A stretch of 64,000 nt of DNA from NCBI GenBank assembly GCA_965237415.1, contig CBDEFM010000002.1, forward strand, positions 1,824,001-1,888,000, given 5' to 3'. Position numbers and translations under genes: made by a program. Shown here piece by piece: positions 45,615 through 55,582 of this stretch. Each line of letters starts with the position of its first letter. Within the stretch, counting starts at the first letter, position 1. Under the pieces are notes generated by a model. That model saw only the letters and a list, made by a program, of their open reading frames with translations, searched no databases and was not told where the DNA came from. The stretch comes from Alphaproteobacteria bacterium. GTDB lineage: Bacteria > Pseudomonadota > Alphaproteobacteria > UBA828.

Positions 45615-46705
45615 CCGACGATCCCCTCATCCTCTGGCTGGACCACGGGAGCGCGCCGGGGAATCCGCTGCTTGGCGGAAAGTTCGCCAGTCTCGCCGAG
45701 ATGACGGCGGCCGGTTTCTCCGTTCCTCCGGGTTTCGGCGTGACCACCGCCGCCTATCGCGCCTTCATGGAGCACGCGGACCTGCGACCGGAGGCGGAGC
45801 GGGTGCGGGACGCGGCTCGCGATATGGCGGTCGTGGACATCGGGAAGGATCGGGCGCGGCTCGTGGAGGCCATTGGCGCGTCCCCCATGCCGGAGGCGCT
45901 GGAGACGGCGATCCGACACGGCTATCGCCTTCTCGAAGAGAGGACGAATCGAGCCGGTGTGCCGGTCGCCGTGCGCTCCAGCGGCGAGGCGGAAGACCTC
46001 GCCGATGCAAGCTTCGCCGGCCAGTACGATACCTATCTCTGGATCGTCGGCGCCGATGCGGTGCTCCGCCAAGTCAGGGCGTGCTGGGCCAGCATGTTCG
46101 GCGATACGGCCCTCACTTACCGGGCGGGCGGTGATGACGCCGCGGTCGCTGGCGGCGGCATCTGCGTCGGTATCCAGCAGATGGTGGAGGCGCGCGCCGC
46201 CGGCGTCATGTTCACCCTCGACCCGCTGAACGGCGACCGTTCGAAGATTGTCATGGAGGCGTGCTGGGGTCTCGGCGAGGGGGTGGTGAAAGGCGACGTG
46301 ACACCGAGCCGGTTCACGATCGACAAGGTGACGTTGGAGATCGTCAAACGGGATGTCGTTCCTCAATCGGAGGAGTACCGCTTCGATCCCGCCTCGAGCG
46401 CGGTAAGGCTGATGCCGATCGCGCCCGAGCGGACACGCACGGCCTGCATCGAGGACGCCGAGGCGCTCGCGCTCGCGAAACTCGCGAAACAGATCGAGGG
46501 ACGGCGCGGCGCAGCGCAGGATATCGAATGGGCGATCGGCGCAGACGGCGATGTGCGCATCCTCCAGGTCCGGCCCGAAACGGTATGGAGCCAACGAGAG
46601 AGCGCGGGCCTCGTCTCCGAGAGCAGGACCGCCGTCGGACACGTGCTCGCACGGCTCTCGGGCGGCCGGGTGGCAGCGGCAGGCCCCGGACACCGAAACT
46701 CGTGA
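45611..46705 (+). CDS. PEP-utilising enzyme, ATP-grasp subunit (phenylphosphate synthase beta-like)
   Basis: LGGKFASL, VPPGF, VAVRSS..AED...ASFAGQYDT, WGLGEGVV, QDIEW, LQVRPET; GTGA overlap. Confidence 0.88.
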   Translation: MTDDPLILWLDHGSAPGNPLLGGKFASLAEMTAAGFSVPPGFGVTTAAYRAFMEHADLRPEAERVRDAARDMAVVDIGKDRARLVEAIGASPMPEALETAIRHGYRLLEERTNRAGVPVAVRSSGEAEDLADASFAGQYDTYLWIVGADAVLRQVRACWASMFGDTALTYRAGGDDAAVAGGGICVGIQQMVEARAAGVMFTLDPLNGDRSKIVMEACWGLGEGVVKGDVTPSRFTIDKVTLEIVKRDVVPQSEEYRFDPASSAVRLMPIAPERTRTACIEDAEALALAKLAKQIEGRRGAAQDIEWAIGADGDVRILQVRPETVWSQRESAGLVSESRTAVGHVLARLSGGRVAAAGPGHRNS

Positions 46706-47566
46706 AGAGCGCCGACTTCGCCTATCACCGCCCCGGCGACATCGCGGACGCCGTGCGCTGCCTGCAAGACTACGACGGCGGCGCCCGCATTCTGGCGGGC
46801 GGGCAGAGCTTGGTGCCGATGATGAACATGCGGCTCTGGCGACCCGAGGCGCTGATCGACATCAACGGGCTGACCGGCCTCGCCGGCGTGACGGGGCACG
46901 GGGACGAAACGCGGATCGGCGCGCTGGTCCGCTACACCACGCTGGAGTTCTCGCCGGTCGTCGCCGAGCGCCTTCCCTTGTTGCGGGCGATGGTGGCGTT
47001 TGTCGGCGATCGCCAGGTGCGCAATCGCGGCACGATTGGGGGCAGCCTGGTGCAGGGGGACCCGACGGGGGAAATGCCGCTGGGTTGTCTGGTCCTCGAC
47101 GCAACGGTCAGCGTCCTCGGGCCTTCCGGCGCGCGCAGCATCGCGATGGCTGACCTCTACGAGGGCGCCTACGCGGCCACGCTCGCACCCGACGAGCTGC
47201 TGACGGAGGTCCGCTTTCCCCCGGCATCCACCGCACTTCGCCTTTCGCGAGTGCTGCCGCAGACACAATGATTTTTGCGTGCTCTCGGTGGCTGCGGCGG
47301 GGCGAGTCTCGGACGTCGGCCGCTGGAGCGGGCTCCGCATCGGGCTCGGCGGGGTCAACGACACGCCCGTTCTGGCCGACGCCAGCATGGCATTGCTGGA
47401 GGGGAGCCGCCTCGACGACGCGGACATCGCGGCGGCAGGCGAGGCTGCGCGCGGCGCCATCGATCCGCCGGACGACATCCGGGGGTCGGCCGAATACCGC
47501 GCCCACCTCGTGCTGCTCTACGTCGCGCGCGTGCTGCGCGATTTGCGTACCTCGGCGCGCGACTGA
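46702..47566 (+). pseudogene. Mo-hydroxylase FAD subunit (CoxM/CutM type), frameshifted
   Basis: LAGGQSLVP, QVRNRGTIGGS; one extra C in the C5 run at 47218-47222 separates it from RRHNDF...SAEYR. Confidence 0.8.
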
Positions 47567-47593
47567 CTTCGGCCGGGCGCGAGAGGTCGAGCG

Positions 47594-48100
47594 ATGAAGT
47601 TTCGCCACGAGTTCCGCGTGCGGGAGAGCAGCGACAAGGTCTGGCGCTTCTTCGAGAGTCCGCTGGACGTCGCGCGCTGCATCCCCGGCGTCGAAGCGGT
47701 GGAGCCGATCGAGGACGGCGATGACAGCTATTCCGTCCGCGCGACCCAGAAGCTGGGTCCCATGTCGGCGACCTTTCAGGCCAAGGTTCGCATCACCGAG
47801 CGCGTCCACGGAGAACGGATCGAATTCACCGCGACGGGCAAGGCGGTGCGCGGCGCGGTCGGCAACTTCAGGGCCCAGAACGCGGTCACGCTCATACCGG
47901 AAGGCGACGAAACCTGCGTCGCGGTGGAGGGCGAGGTCGCGCTGGCCGGCGTGCTCGGCACTGTCGGAAGCGCGGTGATCAACAAGCAGGCCGCAAAGAC
48001 GACCGCCGCGTTCGCCTGCAACCTGGAGCAAGCGCTATCGGCTGCGGGAGAGCCGCGCGCCGGATCCCAGTCGGAGGAGACCGTCGTTGAGCGGGAATGA
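47594..48100 (+). CDS. CoxG/SRPBCC family protein
   Basis: VW..F..P..VARCIPG; located inside the Mo-hydroxylase cluster. Confidence 0.85.
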   Translation: MKFRHEFRVRESSDKVWRFFESPLDVARCIPGVEAVEPIEDGDDSYSVRATQKLGPMSATFQAKVRITERVHGERIEFTATGKAVRGAVGNFRAQNAVTLIPEGDETCVAVEGEVALAGVLGTVGSAVINKQAAKTTAAFACNLEQALSAAGEPRAGSQSEETVVERE

Positions 48101-48596
48101 GCGCGCGATCAGCTTCCGGCTGAACGGAGACCCGGTGTCGGCGGACGCGCCCACCCGCATGCACGCGGCCGACTTCCTGCGCCATCGCCTGGGCTGGACC
48201 GGCACCCACGTCGGTTGCGAGCAGGGCGTCTGCGGCATGTGCACGATCCTGGTCGACGGCGCCGCGATCAAGTCCTGCTTGATGCTCGCGGTGCAGTTGG
48301 ACGGCGCGGACGTGCTAACGGTCGAATCCCTGGCCGAGGACGACCGCCTCAATGACGCGCAAGACGCCTTCAAGAGGCACCACGCGCTGCAATGCGGCTA
48401 CTGCACGCCCGGCTTCCTCATGGTGGCGGTGAGCCTGAAGGCCAGCGGGCGCACGCTCTCCCGCGCGGAGGTCCGGGAGGAGCTCGCCGGTGTCCTCTGC
48501 CGCTGCACCGGCTACGAGAACATCCTGCGTGCGGTGGAGGATTATCTGGGCGCGGACCGCGTCAAGGAGCCGCCCGATGGCGAGGTATCGCGGTGA
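48087..48596 (+). CDS. Mo-hydroxylase 2Fe-2S subunit (CoxS type)
   Basis: GCEQGVCGMCT, QCGYCTPG, LCRCTGY. Confidence 0.95.
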   Translation: MSGNERAISFRLNGDPVSADAPTRMHAADFLRHRLGWTGTHVGCEQGVCGMCTILVDGAAIKSCLMLAVQLDGADVLTVESLAEDDRLNDAQDAFKRHHALQCGYCTPGFLMVAVSLKASGRTLSRAEVREELAGVLCRCTGYENILRAVEDYLGADRVKEPPDGEVSR

Positions 48597-50965
48597 GCAG
48601 GTCGCGCCAGAGCCTGATCGGCGCAGCCCTCACGCGCAAGGAGGACGATCGTCTGCTGCGGGGCGACGGTCTCTTCACCGATGACGTGCACCTCGCCCAC
48701 CAGCTTGAGATGGCGGTCGGCCGCTGCCCTTTCCCCCGCGCCGCGATTGGCGCGATCGACGTGGCGCAAGCCCGCGCCGTGCCCGGCGTCCGTCACATTT
48801 TGACGGGTGCCGACGTGCGGGCCGCGAGCGGGCCGCTGACGGTTCTGAGGCCGGTGCCCGGCGCGCCGTTGCTGCCCTACTACGCGCTGGCGGCCGAGCA
48901 GGCGATCCACGAGGGCCAGCCGGTGGTGAGCGTGGTCGCGACGAGCCGCGCGATTGCAGAGGACGCGCTGGACCTCATCGACATCGACTACGAGCCGCTG
49001 CCGCATGTGACGGACACGCTGGGCGCGCTCGCCGACGACGCACCGGTTCTGCATCCCGAGACGCTGACGTCGAACCTGCTGGCGAGCAACGTGGACCGCG
49101 CGGGCGATCCGGAGGATCGCATGGTCGCCGCCGAGGTCGTCGTCGAGGGGCGCTTCCGTGTGAACCGGGTGAGCGCGCTCCCCATGGAGCCGCGCGGTAT
49201 CGTCGCCCATTGGCGGGCAGGCGCGCGCACGCTGGAGGTCCATGCCTCCACCCAGACGCCGCACTTGATCCGGCAGCAGTTGGCGGAGTGCCTGCCGCTC
49301 GATGAGGGGTGCATTCGGGTCATCGCATCCGATGTGGGCGGCGGCTTCGGCATGAAACTCGGCCTCTATCCGGAGGACGTGCTGGCGGTGCTGCATGCGA
49401 TGGCGCTGCGACGACCGGTCAAGTGGATCGAAGACCGCCTGGAGTTCTTCCGCGCCAGCACCCATGCGCGCGAGGCCGTGCACGACGTCCAGATCGGTGC
49501 GGAGGCCGATGGTCGCATCGTCGCGATTACCAACCAGTACACCACCGACCTGGGCGCCTGGAACTCGACGTACGGCTCGGCGCAGCTCTCGAGCGTGGTC
49601 TTCACCGGCCCCTACAAGGTGGCCGATGCAGCCGTCGAGCGCCGCGTCGCGCTCACCAACAAGACCCCGATCGGGGCCTATCGCGGCTACGGTCAGCCGG
49701 AAGTCAATTTTGCGCTGGAGGTCCTCATCGACCGGCTGGCGCGCCGCCTGAAGATCGACCCGCTGGAACTGCGCCGGAAGAACATGTTGCGGCCGGAAGA
49801 TCTGCCCTGGACCACGCCGAGCCGGGCCGTCTACGACAGCGGCGACTATCTGAAGACCCTGGAGATGGCCGCCGAGGCCGTCGATTACGACGCGCATCGC
49901 GCCGGCCGCCGGGAAGACCGGGGCGAGGGGCGGTTGACGGGCATCGGCTTCGCCTCCTTCGTCGAGCGCACGGGTTATGCCAGCGCGCGCTTCCTCGCGG
50001 GCCGTGGCTCACGCTTCGGCGCCCACGAGAGCGTGATCCTGCGGGCGAACCGCTCCGGCGGCATCGACCTCTACACCGGCGTCTCGACCTTCGGCCAGGG
50101 GAGCGAGACGGCGTTCGCCCAGATCTGCGCCGAGGTCTTCGGCATCGACTACGAGGCGATCCACGTCCATGCCGGCGACAGCGGAGCATCGCCCCTCAAC
50201 ACCGGCGCCTTCGCCTCGCGCACCCTGATCGCGGCTGCCGGCGCCATCCGCGAGGCCGCGGACGCGCTCCGCAACAAGACCCTGCGCATCGCGGCCATGG
50301 TCCTGCAATCGACGCCGGAGGCGCTGGAGGTAAGCAGCCGCGCCGTCCGCGTCCGCGACGAGCCTGGGCGCACCGTCCCCCTCGCCGAGATCTTCACCCG
50401 GGCGATCATCGGGCAGGGTATTCCGGAGAGCGAGGAGCCGGGTCTCGACGCGACCGCGCACTTCGAGCCCTCGCACGCGGCGTTCTCGTTCGGGACCGCC
50501 GCCGCCGTCGTCTCGGTCGATCCCGAGAGCGGCGCGTTCGACGTGGAGCGCTTCGTCATGGCCCACGACTGCGGCGTCGCGGTCAACCCGCCCCTGGTGG
50601 AGGGCCAGGTGCGCGGCGGCCTGGTGCAGGGGCTCGGCGCGGCGCTGGCGGAGGAGCTTCGCTACGACGAGGGCACCGGCCAGCTCGTGAGCGGCAGCAT
50701 GCTGGATTACTTCGCGCCGACCATCATGGATGTCCCGCGCATCGACCTGGTGCACACGGAGGTTCCGTCCCCGGTCACGACCTTCGGGGTCCGTGGCGTC
50801 GGCGAGGTCGGCACGATCCCGCCGGCGGCAGCGGTCACCAACGCCGTCTGCGACGCGCTGGCGGACTTCGGCGTGGAATTCTCGGACCTGCCGCTGACCC
50901 CGGAGCGCGTCTGGCAGGCGCTGTCGCAGGCGAGGGACGCCCGCGCGGCCCGCGCGCCACGATGA
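48593..50965 (+). CDS. Xanthine dehydrogenase-family molybdopterin large subunit
   Basis: VGGGFGMK, AYRGYGQPE, GQGSET, GQVRGG, RGVGE; not the CODH form I motif AYxCSFR. Confidence 0.93.
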   Translation: MSRSRQSLIGAALTRKEDDRLLRGDGLFTDDVHLAHQLEMAVGRCPFPRAAIGAIDVAQARAVPGVRHILTGADVRAASGPLTVLRPVPGAPLLPYYALAAEQAIHEGQPVVSVVATSRAIAEDALDLIDIDYEPLPHVTDTLGALADDAPVLHPETLTSNLLASNVDRAGDPEDRMVAAEVVVEGRFRVNRVSALPMEPRGIVAHWRAGARTLEVHASTQTPHLIRQQLAECLPLDEGCIRVIASDVGGGFGMKLGLYPEDVLAVLHAMALRRPVKWIEDRLEFFRASTHAREAVHDVQIGAEADGRIVAITNQYTTDLGAWNSTYGSAQLSSVVFTGPYKVADAAVERRVALTNKTPIGAYRGYGQPEVNFALEVLIDRLARRLKIDPLELRRKNMLRPEDLPWTTPSRAVYDSGDYLKTLEMAAEAVDYDAHRAGRREDRGEGRLTGIGFASFVERTGYASARFLAGRGSRFGAHESVILRANRSGGIDLYTGVSTFGQGSETAFAQICAEVFGIDYEAIHVHAGDSGASPLNTGAFASRTLIAAAGAIREAADALRNKTLRIAAMVLQSTPEALEVSSRAVRVRDEPGRTVPLAEIFTRAIIGQGIPESEEPGLDATAHFEPSHAAFSFGTAAAVVSVDPESGAFDVERFVMAHDCGVAVNPPLVEGQVRGGLVQGLGAALAEELRYDEGTGQLVSGSMLDYFAPTIMDVPRIDLVHTEVPSPVTTFGVRGVGEVGTIPPAAAVTNAVCDALADFGVEFSDLPLTPERVWQALSQARDARAARAPR

Positions 50966-50975
50966 GGTAGCTGAC

Positions 50976-51650
50976 ATGGATTATCCCGTCCGCGGCCGCT
51001 ATGCGAACGCTGCGCTCTCGCCGCTGGAAGACGCGGCCATGGCGTGGTTGGACGGCTTCTATCAGCTGGAGCATCTCATCGCGACCCGGATGTGGGCGAT
51101 CAAGATCTGCCCCGAAGCCTCGCCGGAAGTACAATTTGCAGCGCTGGTGCATGACGCCGAGCGGTTCTTTCCCGGCGGCCCCTCCAGCACGCCGAGCAAC
51201 GGCTTCGACGATCCGGATTATCTCTTCGCGCATTCCACCCGGTCGGCGGATATCGTCGAGGAATGGTTGCGCAACCGCTCGCCGGCGCCGCCTGAGAGCT
51301 TCATCCGGCGCGTGCGCCGGCTCATCCTGCGGCACGAAATCGGCGGCGGATGGGAGGCCGATTTCGTGCAAGCCGCGGATTCGCTCTCCTTCCTGGAGAC
51401 CCTGGATTGGATCACCGTCGATTGGGTGCGGAGCGGCCCTTACACCGTCGCCCAGGCGCGGGAGAAGCTGGACTTCACCGTCGAGCGCATCCGGCCTTCC
51501 ATCGCCGTCGCCGCGGCGCTCCCGCTCTACGAGAGCGCCGTGCGCGCCCTGGACGCCGCCGAAGACTGCACGATGGACTTGAAACGACGGCGCGCGTTGG
51601 CGAGCAGCCGATCGTTCCTGTTCGGACTGCCTGTCTCGAAGGCGGGATGA
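50976..51650 (+). CDS. HD-domain (DUF4202-like) protein
   Basis: H...HD...H...HE...D metal-ligand pattern (EH, VHDAER, AHS, RHE, AADS). Confidence 0.7.
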   Translation: MDYPVRGRYANAALSPLEDAAMAWLDGFYQLEHLIATRMWAIKICPEASPEVQFAALVHDAERFFPGGPSSTPSNGFDDPDYLFAHSTRSADIVEEWLRNRSPAPPESFIRRVRRLILRHEIGGGWEADFVQAADSLSFLETLDWITVDWVRSGPYTVAQAREKLDFTVERIRPSIAVAAALPLYESAVRALDAAEDCTMDLKRRRALASSRSFLFGLPVSKAG

Positions 51651-51812
51651 AGGCGACCGGCCGGCTCATGCGCCAAGCCTAAGCGAACGCAGCTTCCCCC
51701 AAGTTCGCTCCCGCGCCGGCGCGGATCGTCCATCCTGAATTGCGTCAGGGGATCACACCCCTCGGTCTCGCCGCACGCCGTCAATGGAGGGGCACTGCGG
51801 CCCAAATTCATA

Positions 51813-51872
51813 TTGACAGGCAGTGCGACACCAGCGCATCGTTATCGAGATATCGAAATTGTTTTCGATATC
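51813..51872 (+). promoter_or_regulatory. Promoter plus palindromic operator of the hydantoinase operon
   Basis: TTGACA at 51813; perfect IR gatatcgaaa-ttgt-tttcgatatc at 51849-51872. Confidence 0.7.
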
Positions 51873-51941
51873 CGTAAGTTCGGGCTGCCGCGATAGACCA
51901 TCGACGGGAAGCCTAAAGGCCCGGCATCCGGAGGCAGCGCC

Positions 51942-53957
51942 ATGCCGAATGGATGGCAAGTCGGTATCGATGTCGGCGGTACGTTTACCGACGTGATCGC
52001 CGTGCACCGGGCGCGCGGCGAGGTGAGAGCCGCGAAGGTTCCCTCCCGCACCGACGATCGCATCGCCGGACTGGTGTCAGCGCTCGGCGCGGTCGATCTC
52101 GCTTGGTCGGACGTGGACGATCTGATCCACGGCACGACCATCGTCACCAACGCCATCATCCAAGGCGACCACGCCAACGTCGCGCTGATCGCAACCCGAG
52201 GGTTCTCGGACACGCTCGCAATCGGGCGCCAGAACCGGCGCCACCTCTACCGGCTCGACCTGCCGCCCAAGCTCACGCCCCAGGTCCCCGCCGAGCGCCG
52301 CTTCGAGGTGACCGAGAGGCTCGACCACGACGGCCGGGTCCTGGTCGCGCTGGACCCGGCGTCGGTCGAAGACGCGATCGGGCGCGTCGCGGCGAGTGGT
52401 GCGGAGGCGGTTGCCGTGTCGCTTCTCCATTCTTACGCCAACCCTGCCCACGAGGAGGCGTTGGGCGAGCGCCTGCGCGCAAGGGTCCCCTACGTCGCGC
52501 TCTCGCACCGGGTCAATCCCGAGGCCCGGGAGTACGAGCGTACGGCGACGACGGCACTCAGCGCCGGAGTCATGCCGCTGGCGGCGGCGTATATGGATGA
52601 TCTGGACAGGGCAAAGCCGGAGGAATCCCGGCTGCACCTCTTCCATTCTGCCGGCGGCATGGCATCGCCCGCGGCCTTGCGCGATCTGCCGCTCGGCCTC
52701 GCCGCCTCGGGCCCTGCCGCCGGCGTCGCTGCGGCGGGCCGCATGGCGCGTGCGCTCGGGATCGAGCGTGCCATCAGCTTCGACATGGGCGGCACCACCA
52801 CCGATGTCTGCCTGATCCTCGACGGCGAGGCGCAGATCGCGAGCGACCGCTCCCTCGGCGGACGGCCTTTGCGCCAACCCATGGTCGCCGTGGAGTCCAT
52901 CGGCGCGGGCGGCGGGTCCATCGCCCGGTTGGATCACGGCTCCCTGCTCGTGGGGCCCGAGAGCGCCGGCGCCGAACCCGGACCCGCCTGCTACGCCAAG
53001 GGCGGCGACCGGCCCACCGTGACCGACGCCAATCTGGTGCTCGGATATATGGACGTGGAGCGCGTCCTCGGCGGAAACGTACGCCTCGATGCGGCTCTCG
53101 CCCACGATGTCATCGCACCGCTGTCTGAGGCGATGCACATGACGCGGGAGGCTGCGGCGCTGGGGGTCGTCAAGGTCGCCAACGCGGCCATGCTGCGGGC
53201 GCTGCGTCGGGTCACCGTGGAGCGCGGCGTCGACGGGCGCACCTGCACCCTCCTCGCCTTCGGCGGCGCAGGCCCCATGCACGCGGTGGCGTTGGCCCGC
53301 GCCTTCTCCATCGACAAGGTGGTCGTCCCTGCCCACTCCAGCATGTTCTCCGCCCTCGGCTGCGTCGGCGCTGAGATGAGCTACGCGCAGCAGCGCACGC
53401 TGCGGGTCGCCTCGGACGCGTGGGACGGCGAACGCGTGGACCGGGCACGGCGGGAGCTCCGCTCGACCCTCGCTGCCCCCATACAGGCGGCCGGCCATGA
53501 CGACGACCATCTAACGGTCGAGGAGGTGGCGTCGATCCGCTACCGGGGCCAGAGCTACGCCATCGAGATCGCGGGCGCCGCCTTCGACGATCCGGTGCGC
53601 CTGGGCCGCGCCTTCATGGACCGCCATCGGACGCTCTATGGCTTCGCCACGGAGGAGCCGTGGGAGCTGGAGTCGATCCGGGTGCGAGTCTCGGCGCCCC
53701 GCAACGGCGAGGCCCATCTGCCTGCCGCCAAGACCAACGAAGCCCCCTCACTCACCAAGATGTTCCGGTGCACGTTCGGCGCCGGCGAAGCCACGATGAC
53801 GCCGCGCTACGACCGCGCGGGCTTGGGTGCCGATTGCCCGCTGGAGGGGCCGGTCATCGTCGATGACGCATGGTCGACCGTCGTCGTGCCGCCCGGCGCG
53901 ACGCTGACCGCCGACGCCGCCGGTCATCTTCACATCGCCACCGGGATCGAGCCATGA
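51942..53957 (+). CDS. Hydantoinase A / oxoprolinase family ATP-binding subunit
   Basis: IDVGGTFTD, HGTT, SGPAAG, DMGGTTTD, GAGGGS, GPESAGA.PGPACY. Confidence 0.93.
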   Translation: MPNGWQVGIDVGGTFTDVIAVHRARGEVRAAKVPSRTDDRIAGLVSALGAVDLAWSDVDDLIHGTTIVTNAIIQGDHANVALIATRGFSDTLAIGRQNRRHLYRLDLPPKLTPQVPAERRFEVTERLDHDGRVLVALDPASVEDAIGRVAASGAEAVAVSLLHSYANPAHEEALGERLRARVPYVALSHRVNPEAREYERTATTALSAGVMPLAAAYMDDLDRAKPEESRLHLFHSAGGMASPAALRDLPLGLAASGPAAGVAAAGRMARALGIERAISFDMGGTTTDVCLILDGEAQIASDRSLGGRPLRQPMVAVESIGAGGGSIARLDHGSLLVGPESAGAEPGPACYAKGGDRPTVTDANLVLGYMDVERVLGGNVRLDAALAHDVIAPLSEAMHMTREAAALGVVKVANAAMLRALRRVTVERGVDGRTCTLLAFGGAGPMHAVALARAFSIDKVVVPAHSSMFSALGCVGAEMSYAQQRTLRVASDAWDGERVDRARRELRSTLAAPIQAAGHDDDHLTVEEVASIRYRGQSYAIEIAGAAFDDPVRLGRAFMDRHRTLYGFATEEPWELESIRVRVSAPRNGEAHLPAAKTNEAPSLTKMFRCTFGAGEATMTPRYDRAGLGADCPLEGPVIVDDAWSTVVVPPGATLTADAAGHLHIATGIEP

Positions 53958-55549
53958 ATGGCGCTATCGATCCGGTGACCCTGGAGGTGATCCGCCACGC
54001 CCTGACGGCGACGGCGGAGGAAATGTCGCTCGTGGTCATGCGCTCGGCGCGCTCGCCGCTGCTGCGCGAGGCGGGCGATCTCTCGTCCGCGCTCACCGAT
54101 GCAGACGGCCACCTCATCGCCCAGGGCCGCGACATCCCGATGCACATGGGGGTCATGAGCTTCACCGTCCGCGAGTTCCTGAAGCGGGTGCCCAAGGCAC
54201 AGCTGGAGCCCGGCGACGTATGGTTCCTCAATCTGCCGGAAGTCGGCGGCAACCACTTGCCCGACGTGAAGGCGATCCGGCCGATCTACGCGGAGGGTGA
54301 GATCGTCGCCTTCGCGGAAAGTCTCGCCCATTGGGCGGATATCGGCGGCGCCGTGCCCGGCAGCTATGTCGCCGGCGCCACGGACGCGTGGCAGGAGGGG
54401 CTCCGCATTCCGCCCTTCCGGCTCTTCACCGCAGCGGGCCCCGACCGCGAAAAGCTCGACATGATCTGCGCCAACGTGCGGGGCGCAGACGAGCGCGAGG
54501 GCGACATTCTGGCGCAGCTCGCAGCCAGCCGGGCCGCGGAGGAGCGCGTGCACCACATCGTCGCCGAGCATGGCAGGGAGACGGTGTTGGACGCCATCGC
54601 CGCGATCCACGACCGGGCCGAGGCGCAGATGCGGGCGGCGCTCGCGGCGATTCCCGACGGCACCTATAGGGGCGAGGACTGGCTCGACGACGATGCCGGC
54701 GGAGGCGGGCCGGTTGCCGTTCGCGTTCTGGTGACGATCGAAGGCGACCGGGCGCGCTTCGATTTTTCCGAGACCGACGACGCGGCGCGAGGGCCCTTGA
54801 ACACCACGCCCTTCATCGCCGCGGCGTCCGTCTTCTATGTGGTCAAGACCCTGTTCGGGCCCGACATCCAGCCGAGCGGCGGCTGCTACCGCCCGCTTGA
54901 GATCGTGACCCGTCCCGGCTCCCTGCTCGATCCGTCCCCCGAAAGCCCCGTGGTGGGCGGCAATCACGAAACCTCGCAACGGATCGCCGACGCCGTGTTC
55001 AAGGCCCTCGAAGCCACCGGGCCGGAGCGCATTTCCGCCGGCGGGCCGACTACGTCGGGGCTGGTGCTCTTCGGCGGACGACGGGCCGACGGCGCCTGGA
55101 CCACCCTCTACGAGGTCCATGGCGGCGGCGAGGGCGCGCGGCACGACCGCGACGGTGCGCCGGTGGTGCGCGTTCACATGTCCAACGTGATGAACACCCC
55201 GGCCGAGGTGGTGGAAGCCGAATACCCCATCCGTATCGAATGCCAGCGCCTGCGCCAGGGCTCGGGCGGCGCGGGCCGGCGGCAAGGTGGCGAAGGCCTG
55301 CACCGCGAGTATCGCGTGCTCACCGACGACATGTCGGTCACCTCCATGTTCGAGCGCCGTGTGGTGCCGCCCTACGGCCTGCAAGGCGGCGACGACGGTG
55401 CGCCCTTCCGGGTCACCATCGACCACGCGGACGGCCGCCGCTCGGTGATGCCGGGCAAGGCGAACCTCCGGCTCGGCACCGACGACGTGGTCATCGTCGA
55501 GAGCTGCGGCGGCGGCGGTTACGGCGAGCCGGAACCGACAGGCCAGTGA
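53954..55549 (+). CDS. Hydantoinase B / oxoprolinase family subunit
   Basis: DPVTLEV, HLPD, HWADIGG.VPGS, QEGLRIPP, NTPAE, GGGGYG. Confidence 0.93.
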   Translation: MNGAIDPVTLEVIRHALTATAEEMSLVVMRSARSPLLREAGDLSSALTDADGHLIAQGRDIPMHMGVMSFTVREFLKRVPKAQLEPGDVWFLNLPEVGGNHLPDVKAIRPIYAEGEIVAFAESLAHWADIGGAVPGSYVAGATDAWQEGLRIPPFRLFTAAGPDREKLDMICANVRGADEREGDILAQLAASRAAEERVHHIVAEHGRETVLDAIAAIHDRAEAQMRAALAAIPDGTYRGEDWLDDDAGGGGPVAVRVLVTIEGDRARFDFSETDDAARGPLNTTPFIAAASVFYVVKTLFGPDIQPSGGCYRPLEIVTRPGSLLDPSPESPVVGGNHETSQRIADAVFKALEATGPERISAGGPTTSGLVLFGGRRADGAWTTLYEVHGGGEGARHDRDGAPVVRVHMSNVMNTPAEVVEAEYPIRIECQRLRQGSGGAGRRQGGEGLHREYRVLTDDMSVTSMFERRVVPPYGLQGGDDGAPFRVTIDHADGRRSVMPGKANLRLGTDDVVIVESCGGGGYGEPEPTGQ

Positions 55550-55582
55550 ACGGATGAACGACGCAAGCAAGGGAACGATGCA

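Noticed and set aside
43728-46705. Housekeeping PEP synthase or PPDK
   Set aside because: Split architecture with a C-terminal swivel domain and no pyruvate-binding TIM barrel.
46702-50965. Aerobic CO dehydrogenase
   Set aside because: The large subunit has AYRGYGQ, not AYxCSFR (form I) or AYRGAGR (form II); no coxDEF.
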